A program made the position numbers and the translations under genes. Below the pieces are notes generated by a model, which was not told where the DNA came from, did no database searches, and was given only the letters and a program-made list of their open reading frames with translations. Shown here piece by piece: positions 9,577 to 18,471 of a stretch of DNA of 62,486 nt; position 1 is the first letter of the stretch, and every line of letters begins with the position of its first letter. Origin of the DNA: Gammaproteobacteria bacterium (GTDB lineage Bacteria; Pseudomonadota; Gammaproteobacteria; HIGHO2-12-38-15); assembly GCA_016218405.1 (NCBI GenBank), contig JACREE010000012.1:1-62486 (forward strand), in the 5' to 3' direction.

Positions 9577-10839
9577 GTGCTGAGTTCGTTAGCAGATTGG
9601 TTGCATTACATCGAACAAATCCATCCGAAAACCATTGAGCTGACGTTAGCGCGCATTCAGAATGTGGCAAGTCGTTTGGGCCTTCTATTAACCCAAAAAA
9701 AAAGAGTTATCATCACCGTGGGTGGCACAAACGGCAAAGGTTCTTGCGTGGCTTCAATTGAAAGCCTCTTGCTGGAAACGGGTGCCAGTGTGGGCGCCTA
9801 TTTTTCTCCTCATTTATTTCGTTTTAACGAACGCATTCGATTGAATGGACGGGAGGTCACGGATGAACAGTTGTGTGCAGCTTTTACTGAAATTGAAAAA
9901 GCCAGAGCTGAAATCAGTTTAACTTATTTTGAATTTGCTACCTTGGCGGCTTGTTTTTTGTTCCAACAAGAAAAGATAGCGTATTGGGTTTTGGAAGTGG
10001 GTTTGGGTGGGCGTTATGATGCAGTGAATATATTTTCAGCGGATATTGCAGTTATTGCCTCTGTCTCGCTTGATCACCTTGATTACTTAGGTGAAACACG
10101 AGAGCTGATCGCTTATGAAAAAGCGGGAATCTTTAGAAAAAATGGACGAGTTGTGTATGGTGAATCGGATGTGCCTGCTTCAATCTGGGAAAGAGCGTTA
10201 GCGCTGGAAACACATTTTAGCTGCCAAGGGCAAGAATTTGGGTTTATTCAACAAGAAGAAAGCTGGCGTTTTTGGGGTGAAAAACAGTTTGATCAGTTGC
10301 CTAAACCGATTGTTTCTTTACAAAATGCAGCAACAGCCTTGCAAGTTGTATCTCTATTACCTACGATAAAAATAAGACAAGAGGAGGTTGTGCGAGGATT
10401 AAATAACATTAATTTGCAGGGACGCTTTCAACTTATTCAAACTGAAGCTGCTTTATTTGTGTTTGATGTGGCGCATAATCCTGCGTCCGCGCAATTGTTG
10501 GCAGAGAATTTAACATCGATCAAAAAATATCGAAAAATACATGCTTTGGTGGGAATGTTGAAAGATAAAGATTGCCTTAACACCCTGCGTCCTTTAAGTG
10601 CGATAATCGATATGTGGTGGGTGGCAGGGTTATCAGGTGAGCGAGGGTTATCTTGTGTAGAATTGATGCGTGTTTTAAGCTCTCTGACATCTTCTCCTTT
10701 GCAGGGTTTTGTTTCCCCTGAAGAAGCGTACCAAACTTTGTTGTACCATGTTCACCCAGAAGATTGTGTGGTTGTTTTTGGTTCATTCTTAACGGTAACG
10801 CCTGTACTTGAGAGGATAACATGTTATTCCTACGTTTAA
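9577..10839 (+). CDS. folC: Bifunctional folylpolyglutamate synthase / dihydrofolate synthase
   Basis: 420 aa with P-loop VGGTNGKGS and the Mur-ligase family layout. GTG start immediately follows the accD stop. Confidence 0.9.
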   Translation: MLSSLADWLHYIEQIHPKTIELTLARIQNVASRLGLLLTQKKRVIITVGGTNGKGSCVASIESLLLETGASVGAYFSPHLFRFNERIRLNGREVTDEQLCAAFTEIEKARAEISLTYFEFATLAACFLFQQEKIAYWVLEVGLGGRYDAVNIFSADIAVIASVSLDHLDYLGETRELIAYEKAGIFRKNGRVVYGESDVPASIWERALALETHFSCQGQEFGFIQQEESWRFWGEKQFDQLPKPIVSLQNAATALQVVSLLPTIKIRQEEVVRGLNNINLQGRFQLIQTEAALFVFDVAHNPASAQLLAENLTSIKKYRKIHALVGMLKDKDCLNTLRPLSAIIDMWWVAGLSGERGLSCVELMRVLSSLTSSPLQGFVSPEEAYQTLLYHVHPEDCVVVFGSFLTVTPVLERITCYSYV

Positions 10840-11324
10840 TTTGGAATGGAATAGTGGCGGCGGCGCTTTTATTTTTGATCTTCATGTTTGGTGCTGATCG
10901 TACCTTTGTTTTAGTGCCTTTGTTTTCAGCGATACCGATGGCACCCTCGCTTTCTGACATGCAATTAAAAACAGTGACGCCTAAAACATTTTATGGTAAT
11001 AAAGCCAGTGATTTTTTTGGGTTAGGGCAACACAGTATGTTGACTTCACCCATGCAGAAACTCGCTAATGCAGATGCTCATGCCGTTGCTTGGGTTGTTA
11101 AAGTGAGTATGGGTAGTGAAATGTCTGCAAGTTGGATTGCGAAACTTCAAAAACAGCATTTTCCTGCGTTTGTTTATCCGGGTGATAGTCAACTTGCCGC
11201 TCATTTTATCTTCGTTGGACCTTATGTTCATCATGAAGACGCCGACCGTGTGGTAGAAATGTTAAAAAATACTTTTGGCTTGGCGGGAGACGTTGTAAGA
11301 TTTGATCCGATTGTTGCTAGTTAA
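10821..11324 (+). CDS. dedD: DedD-like SPOR-domain cell-division protein
   Basis: 167 aa with an N-terminal TM helix and a C-terminal SPOR-like segment (WVVKVSMGSEMSASWIAKLQKQHFPAFVY...FIFVGPYVHHEDADRVVEMLK). Occupies the dedD position in accD-folC-dedD-cvpA synteny. Confidence 0.7.
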   Translation: MLFLRLIWNGIVAAALLFLIFMFGADRTFVLVPLFSAIPMAPSLSDMQLKTVTPKTFYGNKASDFFGLGQHSMLTSPMQKLANADAHAVAWVVKVSMGSEMSASWIAKLQKQHFPAFVYPGDSQLAAHFIFVGPYVHHEDADRVVEMLKNTFGLAGDVVRFDPIVAS

Positions 11325-11378
11325 CACAATTCAAACTTGTGTTGGCGAATGGAAGTTATTTCAAAAAAAGGAGTGTTC

Positions 11379-12044
11379 ATGTTATTCAGCCACCTCAATT
11401 GGGTAGATTACCTTATTCTGTTTGCTATTCTTGTGTCCGTGATTGTGTGTTATCGCCGCGGCTTTGTGGGTAGTACCCTAACTTTATTATGTTGGGTATT
11501 AGCTTTGGGCGGATCATTCAAGCTTGCTCATCCTGTGGGTAATATGTTTGAATCTTCAGTCAAAAGCGAACAAATCCGAAACATCCTGGGATTTTTTATT
11601 ATCTTTATTGGCTTGGCCTTGGTGGGCGTATTGATTATTTATTTATTTAATCATTTGCTTGAAAAAGGGGCCTTGCATAAAACAGATAAAGTAGTGGGAG
11701 GTTTTTCGGGGATTATCGTGGGTGTTTTTGTCATTGCGGGTATATTGCTTACCGCGCGTTACAGTAAATTACCTGAGCGTCCTTTTTGGACACAGTCATT
11801 TTTGATTCCTTATTTTCATCCTTTCGAAGATGTCATTGATGATTGCTTGCCCACAGCCATTCAAGCTGAGCGTGATTTAATGCCAGAAGATATTGATAAA
11901 ACGCTTGAGAAGAACATATCTGACGTAACGGATAAGGTAGAAGATACGACAGAGCAAGCGAAAGAAAAAGTGGAAGATGTGCAAGATAAGGGAAAGAAAG
12001 CCAGTGATGCGGTGAAAGATCTGACGGATGAAATAAAAGAGTAA
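11379..12044 (+). CDS. cvpA: CvpA-family membrane protein with a C-terminal charged extension
   Basis: Four TM segments beginning MLFSHLNWVDYLILFAILVS. The ATG at 11379 is preferred over the track start at 11337 because AGGAG lies 6 nt upstream. Synteny supports the call. Confidence 0.8.
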   Translation: MLFSHLNWVDYLILFAILVSVIVCYRRGFVGSTLTLLCWVLALGGSFKLAHPVGNMFESSVKSEQIRNILGFFIIFIGLALVGVLIIYLFNHLLEKGALHKTDKVVGGFSGIIVGVFVIAGILLTARYSKLPERPFWTQSFLIPYFHPFEDVIDDCLPTAIQAERDLMPEDIDKTLEKNISDVTDKVEDTTEQAKEKVEDVQDKGKKASDAVKDLTDEIKE

Positions 12045-12059
12045 GTAGATAAGTGGAGT

Positions 12060-12099
12060 GGGGGGGGTAACTGCAACACGTTACCTCCCCTCTTTCACT
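12060..12099. terminator. Bidirectional rho-independent terminator between convergent cvpA and the acyl-CoA dehydrogenase gene
   Basis: GGGGGGGGTAAC-tgcaacac-GTTACCTCCCC stem-loop with one mismatch, followed by a T-rich tract (tctttcactttattttt). Confidence 0.65.
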
Positions 12100-13245
12100 T
12101 TATTTTTCAGATGCAAAAATTTGTTTTGAAATAATGTTTCGCATAATTTCATTGCTGCCTTCTAAAATTTGATTAGCACGTAAGTCACGAAAATGGCGTT
12201 CGATGCCATAATCTTTTAAGTAGCCATAGCCTCCATGTAACTGCAGTGCCTGATCACTGATATGAAATCCTGCGTCTGTGGCGTAACGTTTTGCCATCGC
12301 ACAATAAAGCGCAGTATCAGGGTGTTGGGCGTCATACGCTTGAGCAGCGCGATAAACCAATAAGCGAGCCGCTTCTAACTCTGTGAGCATGTCAGCAACC
12401 TTAAATTGTAACACCTGAAATTCAGCGAGCTTTTTATTAAATTGTTCTCGTTCTTTCATGTAGCGTAGGGTTTTTGTTAGGCAGGCTTGTGCACCACCGA
12501 GCGAGCAAGCAGCGATATTAATGCGTCCGCCATTTAGTGCATTCAAAGCAATTTTGAATCCTTCTCCTTCTTTACCAATCAAATTTTCAATAGGTACTTT
12601 GCAGTTTTCAAAATAAACCATGGTGGTGGGTTGACTGCACCAACCTAATTTTTCTTCCTTTTTGCCGAAGCTGAGGCCGGGTGTGTTTTTTTCAACAAAG
12701 ATACAGGAGATACCTTTGGGGCCCGCTTCACCTGTTCGTACCATGCAAACATAAATATCGCTGACAGAACCGCCTGAAATAAATGCTTTAGTGCCATTAA
12801 GAAAATAGTAATTATCTTGACGCAAGGCGGTGGTTTTTAATGAGGCTGCATCTGAACCTGCACTGGGTTCTGTTAAACAATAACTTCCTAGCCAATTCAT
12901 GCTAACCAGGGAGGGAAGCCATTTTGCGCGTTGTGTTTCATTCGCATAGGTATCGATGAGGCCGCATACCATGTTATGGATGGATAAAAAAGCAGCGGTT
13001 GAAAGGCAACCCTGTGCGAGTTCTTCAAAGATGAGTGCCGCATCCAGACGTGATAATCCGGTGCCTCCAAATTCATGCTTTGTGTAAATTGCAGCCAAGC
13101 CTAGCGCAGCCGCTTCATGTAAAGTAGGAAGAGAGAAAAATTCATTTGCATCCCATTCTTGCGCGTACGGCGCAAGCTTTTGTTCAGAAAAATTCTTGGC
13201 TAATTGTTTGAAGGCATATTGTTCATCTGAAAGTTCAAAATCCAT
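12100..13245 (-). CDS. Acyl-CoA dehydrogenase (short/branched-chain type)
   Basis: 381 aa with ACAD family motifs (CLTEPSAGSDA, GGYGY..DYGIERHFRD..ILEGSNEI). Confidence 0.9.
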   Translation of the reverse strand: MDFELSDEQYAFKQLAKNFSEQKLAPYAQEWDANEFFSLPTLHEAAALGLAAIYTKHEFGGTGLSRLDAALIFEELAQGCLSTAAFLSIHNMVCGLIDTYANETQRAKWLPSLVSMNWLGSYCLTEPSAGSDAASLKTTALRQDNYYFLNGTKAFISGGSVSDIYVCMVRTGEAGPKGISCIFVEKNTPGLSFGKKEEKLGWCSQPTTMVYFENCKVPIENLIGKEGEGFKIALNALNGGRINIAACSLGGAQACLTKTLRYMKEREQFNKKLAEFQVLQFKVADMLTELEAARLLVYRAAQAYDAQHPDTALYCAMAKRYATDAGFHISDQALQLHGGYGYLKDYGIERHFRDLRANQILEGSNEIMRNIISKQIFASEK

Positions 13246-13307
13246 ATTAATTCCTTTGTTTATACTTCATGTTAAACTGATTATCTCTTACCTGAGGGAG
13301 AAAAAGA

Positions 13308-13565
13308 ATGGCTGTCACGGATCAAACACACTGGCGTGATTCGGCTCGCACTGCACGATTTTTTATGATTGATGCGCGGGCTGCTTTTCCACTTATTTTC
13401 TTTTTGTTATACATTCACTGGTGGACATTCATTGTTGCGACCGTGACAATGATATTTTTTGGATTGCTCGAGCGTTATGGATTTACTTTGCCCGTGTTTT
13501 GGCGTTGGCTCCGCTCTTTTTTGGCGGGCCCTCACCGAGCTTCACGAGAATGGTGGAGAACTTAA
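13308..13565 (+). CDS. icmT: Dot/Icm T4BSS protein IcmT
   Basis: 85-aa membrane protein (HWRDSARTARFFMIDARAAFPLIFFLLYIHWWTF...). Size and position match first place in an icmT-S-R-Q-P-O array. Confidence 0.75.
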   Translation: MAVTDQTHWRDSARTARFFMIDARAAFPLIFFLLYIHWWTFIVATVTMIFFGLLERYGFTLPVFWRWLRSFLAGPHRASREWWRT

Positions 13566-13903
13566 TGGATATCAGTAAACAGTTGTGTCAGTTGGCGAGG
13601 GCATTAAAAGTTACTTTTATGTTGAGTCAGCGCGTCGTGATGCCCGAAGAAATTTTTCAAGACACGGGCTTATTTCCTGCGATTGTGCGTAGAGCTGATC
13701 AATTGGCTTCATTGTGTTTAGGTTATGGTTTGGGTGCTTCTTTTACTGAAGCGGAGGGGGCTTTGTTAGGAGTACGCGTTGCTTTTGATGATGTCACGCC
13801 CAATGCATTACGTTATTTGTGTATTCTGGATGTCTTGTATGAGTTGATTCATGCCTCAGGTAATCCCAGCGCAGTGTCCCTTGATGAGCTTATGTATGAC
13901 TAA
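13565..13903 (+). CDS. icmS: Dot/Icm chaperone/adaptor IcmS
   Basis: 112 aa starting at the ATG that overlaps the icmT stop (TAATG). The 5' extension of the track ORF (13421) overlaps icmT and was trimmed. Motifs GLFPAIVRRADQLASLCLGYGLG and DELMYD-COOH match IcmS as I recall it. Confidence 0.8.
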   Translation: MDISKQLCQLARALKVTFMLSQRVVMPEEIFQDTGLFPAIVRRADQLASLCLGYGLGASFTEAEGALLGVRVAFDDVTPNALRYLCILDVLYELIHASGNPSAVSLDELMYD

Positions 13904-13941
13904 AAAATAATCAATAAAATAATTTAACTCATCGTGATGTT

Positions 13942-13973
13942 TTAATCCCAACTTAAGCCAGATGTCCTACACT
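13942..13973 (+). promoter_or_regulatory. Possible PmrA-type direct repeat (TTAAT-N6-TTAAG, 11-bp period) plus a TACACT -10 upstream of the icmR-like gene
   Basis: The sequence tTTAATcccaaCTTAAgcc-gatgtcc-TACACT resembles the Legionella/Coxiella PmrA element cTTAATatT-N2-cTTAATatT followed by TAtACT. Confidence 0.3.
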
Positions 13974-14011
13974 CACTTTATGAAGGGGTGTTTTAAATTT
14001 TAGGAGTGGTC

Positions 14012-14302
14012 ATGACTTCCACGCGTACAGAGCAAGCGCTTGCTGAGACTGAAGTTATCTTAAGAAGAATAGAAGAGGCGCTCGAGCAGGCGCTGAAGTT
14101 TCATGAACATCGCACGGCAGGGGCGTTGACGAATAATGCAGCAGAGGGTAAAAAGCGTGATCATTTAACGGCCGCATTGAAATCAATACGTGAATCATTG
14201 GGGGATGTGGGTGAGCTTGTTGCCTTGCATACTCTCAATAAATCACATAGGAATGGCGACCCAGATACCGGTAAAAAGACCCATCTGCCTGGCAAGTCAT
14301 AA
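14012..14302 (+). CDS. IcmR-position (FIR-type) small helical protein, putative IcmQ partner
   Basis: 96 aa from the ATG at 14012, with AGGAG 5 nt upstream (track start GTG 14006). It lies between icmS and icmQ and is predicted helical/charged. I recognise no sequence family. Confidence 0.55.
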   Translation: MTSTRTEQALAETEVILRRIEEALEQALKFHEHRTAGALTNNAAEGKKRDHLTAALKSIRESLGDVGELVALHTLNKSHRNGDPDTGKKTHLPGKS

Positions 14303-14350
14303 AAAAGTGTTATACTTCTACTATTCCCCCTTGATGACGAAAACAACATT

Positions 14351-14938
14351 ATGATTGGCAGTCGTCGGAATGATGCAGCAATAAATGAAAAATTACTTTC
14401 CATCTTGGACCATTTGATAGAAGGTGATTGTTGGGACAAGAGTCTTTTTTTACAAGCAGCAGGACGTGAAGTCACCACGCTGCGAGATAGGCTACAAACA
14501 ACACTTGAACTGCCTGAACCCACAGAAACAGAAGAGACCTTAGCTTCTTCTTCCCGTTCTTCTTCAGTGAAATCCGCCGACTCGCAACAAGAAGTGTACG
14601 TGGCGCTTTATCAAGCGCAGGGAAGTAATATGTTAAATTGGGAGCATGCCTTAGATTTTCTGCTTAGCCGTAGCTCATCTCGTCCGATTTATGACACAGA
14701 AGAAAAAGTAAAAAACATGATGATAAAAAAAGAAAACACGCCTAATAATGCTTATGCCGTGGTCAGTATTGATAAATCTGATGTACTTTTTACGCCAGAG
14801 AAACAAGTGTTTGATCGATATGGTCAAGAATTGTTAACGTTGCGCGAGCATGCGTTGAAAGCAGATAATATCCGCCGATTTGTTCATAGTACAGGCACTT
14901 ACCGTTTAGAAAAAAGACATTTGATTAAGCAGAAATAA
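14351..14938 (+). CDS. icmQ: Dot/Icm protein IcmQ
   Basis: 195 aa. The N-terminal LLSILDHLIEGDCWDKSLFLQAAGREVTTLRDRLQ resembles the IcmQ N-domain. Size and position in the array fit. Confidence 0.75.
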   Translation: MIGSRRNDAAINEKLLSILDHLIEGDCWDKSLFLQAAGREVTTLRDRLQTTLELPEPTETEETLASSSRSSSVKSADSQQEVYVALYQAQGSNMLNWEHALDFLLSRSSSRPIYDTEEKVKNMMIKKENTPNNAYAVVSIDKSDVLFTPEKQVFDRYGQELLTLREHALKADNIRRFVHSTGTYRLEKRHLIKQK

Positions 14939-14984
14939 TTGTTTAAGGTTATGCGATAAGTGTACTCTTCTATGAGGTTGTTTC

Positions 14985-16124
14985 GTGGCAGCAGCTCCCC
15001 CTCCCCAGCAAGGTTCTGGTGGCCAACAAGACAGTGGGCTTGGGCCTTTTTGGATCATTGCCGCGCTATTTTTTGCCTTGTATGTTGTTTGGAGTAATTA
15101 TCACACGGAAATTGTGGGTAGTTTTCTAAAATTAAAATACTACGAAGCATTAGCTATTGTTTACGTTGATCCTTCCATTGATCCTCTCGCCAGAATGTTG
15201 GGTAATTTAACACCTGCTGAATACGCAAAAATTGATCCTGATCAAGTCATTGCTATTTCTGAAGCAGTAGGGCGTTATTGGCGCTGGCCTGTTCTCGCAT
15301 TTTGCATTTTAGGTGGTGGATTTATCTATAAACGAAGTCCGCGTTTGCATTATCGTCGTATGTACACGATGCAATCTTTAATTGATGCAGAAGAAGGAGA
15401 TTGGCCGCAAATTACGCCAGTAGTGAAAATTAATTTAGTAAAAACACATTTGGATGAGGGGCCTTGGGCTTCTGCACAAACCCCCTTGCAATTCGTCAAA
15501 AAATATAAAATTTTTAAAGAAGTGCCTGCTGAAAGTATTGAGCCTATGCTTGCGCATAAAATGAAACGCTATATTGCTTTGCTGCCCGAGCAAGCTTATC
15601 GCGTGTTATCGATGCAGATGGGGAAATTATGGACAGGTATCGATAAACAACCTATCTATATACAAGCCTTATTTGCAGCCTTTGCGGCAAAGCATGCAGG
15701 TAAAACTGAAATAGCAGCGAATTTATTGATACAAATTTCGCGTTCTTCTGCGGCGGGTAAGTTAAATTTTGCAGGTGTCAAACAACTTTTAAACAAACAC
15801 GTCAACGAAAAAAAAATACAAGAAATATGCGCTAATCATGCTTATATGTTAACGGTGATGGCCTCTATGCTGGAATTGGCGCGACAAGATGGTGTATTAA
15901 GTAGCGCTGATTTTTTGTGGTTGAAGCCACTGGATAGGCAGTTGTGGTACATGTTGAATACGGTGGGTCGACAAACTGCTTATGTAGAAGTCGCTGCCGC
16001 CTATGCACACTGGCGTGCTGAAATCGAATTTGGTCGAAAGATTAAAGTGCCCATGGTGGGCGAAGCCGTAAAAGCTTTGGATGTTGCGCTAAAAGACATT
16101 CTTTATGTTCCGGAAGATTTATGA
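14985..16124 (+). CDS. icmP: Dot/Icm coupling-complex protein IcmP/DotM
   Basis: 379 aa with a GTG start, a Gln/Gly-rich N-terminus and then a TM helix. Its end overlaps the icmO start by 4 bp. Size and synteny match DotM. Confidence 0.75.
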   Translation: MAAAPPPQQGSGGQQDSGLGPFWIIAALFFALYVVWSNYHTEIVGSFLKLKYYEALAIVYVDPSIDPLARMLGNLTPAEYAKIDPDQVIAISEAVGRYWRWPVLAFCILGGGFIYKRSPRLHYRRMYTMQSLIDAEEGDWPQITPVVKINLVKTHLDEGPWASAQTPLQFVKKYKIFKEVPAESIEPMLAHKMKRYIALLPEQAYRVLSMQMGKLWTGIDKQPIYIQALFAAFAAKHAGKTEIAANLLIQISRSSAAGKLNFAGVKQLLNKHVNEKKIQEICANHAYMLTVMASMLELARQDGVLSSADFLWLKPLDRQLWYMLNTVGRQTAYVEVAAAYAHWRAEIEFGRKIKVPMVGEAVKALDVALKDILYVPEDL

Positions 16125-18469
16125 TACGTGGTTTAGATAAAAGCGACGAAGCCAATCCGCATTATCTTTTGCGTGATACGCGCCCGCTTGGAAAGCGGTT
16201 CGTCGATTTTATTGCTGATCCTTTTAACCTGCTTATCCTCATGTTGTCTTTAGGAACTGGCCCGCTTTTTTTCCCTGAAATGGCTGATATAAGTGGTTTG
16301 TGCGCAGTAGTTTTGTTTTTGTCCACTTGTCGAATCAAAGCTAAATTACCCTTCCGATTACCTTTGCGTTCAAAATTAAAAGACTATAACGATCTGACGC
16401 CGGGCAAGGACAGTCAACCGCGTATGGCGGGGGGGATTTATTTTTTTGGTAATCAACTTTCAACCCAAGAAGAGTTGTGGTTTACCAATGATGATATGCG
16501 TACCCACGTCTTGATTTTTGGTTCAACCGGAAGCGGTAAAACAGAATCACTGATTTCAATTGCCTTTAATGCTTTGATACAAGGAAGTGGTTTTATCTAT
16601 ATCGATGGAAAAGGTGATAACAGTTTGTTTGCAAAAATTTTCTCGATGGTGCGTCGGATGGGTCGAGAAGATGATATGTTGCTCATTAACTTCATGACAG
16701 GCGCACGCGATGTCATTGGTCCTCAGGAAAAACGTCTTTCTAACACCATGAATCCTTTTTCAATGGGTTCATCCAGTATGTTATCGCAGCTGATCGTGGG
16801 GCTTATGCCAGAGGGCAGTAATTCAGGCGACGGTGATATGTGGAAAGGCCGTGCGATTGCTTTCGTTGAAGCCTTGATGAAGGTATTGGTGTACGCCCGT
16901 GACAGAGGGTACATCTTGCTTGATGCGAATACCATTCGTAATTATTTTGATTTAGCCCGTCTCGAAGCCATGGTCGTAGACAAACAATTTATTCGTGATA
17001 ACCAAGAGCCAGTGAGTTTAGCGGATGCACCTTCTATCATTCTGGAACCCATCAGTAATTACCTAAGTACTTTGCCAGGCTATGATCGTTCTAAGAAAGG
17101 TAAACAAGTATCGCAAGTGTTAGAGCAGCATGGTTTTATTACGATGCAATTAACGCGAGTATTCGGTTCTTTGGCAGATACCTATGGTCATATCGTGCGT
17201 GCTAATTTGGCAGAAGTGGATGTGAAAGATGTGGTGTTAAATCGTCGTATTTTGTGCGTACTCTTGCCCGCACTTGAAAAAGCCCCGGATGAGTTGGCCA
17301 ACTTAGGTAAAATTATCGTTGCTTCATTAAAGGCAATGATGGCGGCCGGTTTAGGTGATGAAGTTGAAGGAACATACAGTGATGTTATTTTAAGAAAACC
17401 CACCAATTCGCCCACGCCTTTCTTATGTATCATGGATGAATATGGATACTATGCAGTAAAAGGCTTTGCTGTTGTGCCTGCGCAAGCGCGTTCTTTAGGA
17501 TTTTCTGCTATTTTTGCGGGACAAGATTTGCCTGCTTTTCAAAAAGCCTCCAAAGAAGAAGCGGCGTCCATTGGTGCAAACACCAACATTAAAATTTGTA
17601 TGAAGTTGGAAGATCCGGCTGAAACGTGGGAGTTTTTCCAAAAAACAGCCGGTGAAGCCTATGTGACGAAGGTGGATTCTTTCCAAACACAAACCACGAG
17701 TTTGACGGGTGCTTACATGGATACCCGCAGTGCATCTTCTGAAAAAAGAGCGCGTATTGACTTAATGGATCTTAAAGAGCAAACACCCGGTGAGGCCCAT
17801 ATTTTTTTCCGTTCCACGATTATCCGTGCACGCATGTTTCGAGCGGATCCTAAGCCAGTGGATTACATGCGCCTAAATCAATTGCTGAAAGTGGAGCTGC
17901 CTTCCATGCGACAGTTGATCACATTGAACAACGGCATGGTAAAATTTTATGAAACAGTTGAAAAAGGCGATGCGTTTGAAGGGGTGCATGCGGAGAGTGA
18001 AGGTATCACTTGGTTGGCTAAAATGTTGAGTGATCCAATGGTAGCAGATTCAATTGAACGGGGAGTCAATGCTTTATTAGGATTTCACACGCGTTCAGAA
18101 GAAGCCACACAGAAAATTGAAGAAGTATCCGAACCCGAGTCTTTGACTGAATTAACTATTTTTACCTCAATGCGTTTGCCGCAAGGGGTGGGCGAATTAA
18201 AAATACCTAAAGATAGAGTGGAAAGTTTTACTGCGCCTTTGCTAAGCAAATCACAACTGCGCTCCCAGCTAGCGTATGTTGAGCGTCTTTCAGGAAAAGC
18301 AGATAAGCAGGTGGGTATTATCGCGGATGAGCTAGTAAAAGATGCTCAGCTTGCCACTTACTATCCGCCACACATCGCTGAACCACCTTCGGCTGACATC
18401 ATAGCGGGTATTGTGAATGATTTAGCAAGCAGTATTCAAAAAGCAATCGGTACAGCCAGCGGTGCGTAG
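16121..18469 (+). CDS. icmO: Dot/Icm type IV coupling protein IcmO/DotL
   Basis: 782 aa with N-terminal TM segments, Walker A GSTGSGKT and Walker B-like CIMDEYGYY. Size is very close to L. pneumophila DotL as I recall it. Confidence 0.9.
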   Translation: MIRGLDKSDEANPHYLLRDTRPLGKRFVDFIADPFNLLILMLSLGTGPLFFPEMADISGLCAVVLFLSTCRIKAKLPFRLPLRSKLKDYNDLTPGKDSQPRMAGGIYFFGNQLSTQEELWFTNDDMRTHVLIFGSTGSGKTESLISIAFNALIQGSGFIYIDGKGDNSLFAKIFSMVRRMGREDDMLLINFMTGARDVIGPQEKRLSNTMNPFSMGSSSMLSQLIVGLMPEGSNSGDGDMWKGRAIAFVEALMKVLVYARDRGYILLDANTIRNYFDLARLEAMVVDKQFIRDNQEPVSLADAPSIILEPISNYLSTLPGYDRSKKGKQVSQVLEQHGFITMQLTRVFGSLADTYGHIVRANLAEVDVKDVVLNRRILCVLLPALEKAPDELANLGKIIVASLKAMMAAGLGDEVEGTYSDVILRKPTNSPTPFLCIMDEYGYYAVKGFAVVPAQARSLGFSAIFAGQDLPAFQKASKEEAASIGANTNIKICMKLEDPAETWEFFQKTAGEAYVTKVDSFQTQTTSLTGAYMDTRSASSEKRARIDLMDLKEQTPGEAHIFFRSTIIRARMFRADPKPVDYMRLNQLLKVELPSMRQLITLNNGMVKFYETVEKGDAFEGVHAESEGITWLAKMLSDPMVADSIERGVNALLGFHTRSEEATQKIEEVSEPESLTELTIFTSMRLPQGVGELKIPKDRVESFTAPLLSKSQLRSQLAYVERLSGKADKQVGIIADELVKDAQLATYYPPHIAEPPSADIIAGIVNDLASSIQKAIGTASGA

Positions 18470-18471
18470 AG

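Noticed and set aside
13421-13564. 5' extension of the icmS ORF (the track gives 160 aa from 13421)
   Set aside because: The extension overlaps icmT in another frame. The Met at 13565 forms a TAATG junction and gives the expected ~112-aa IcmS.
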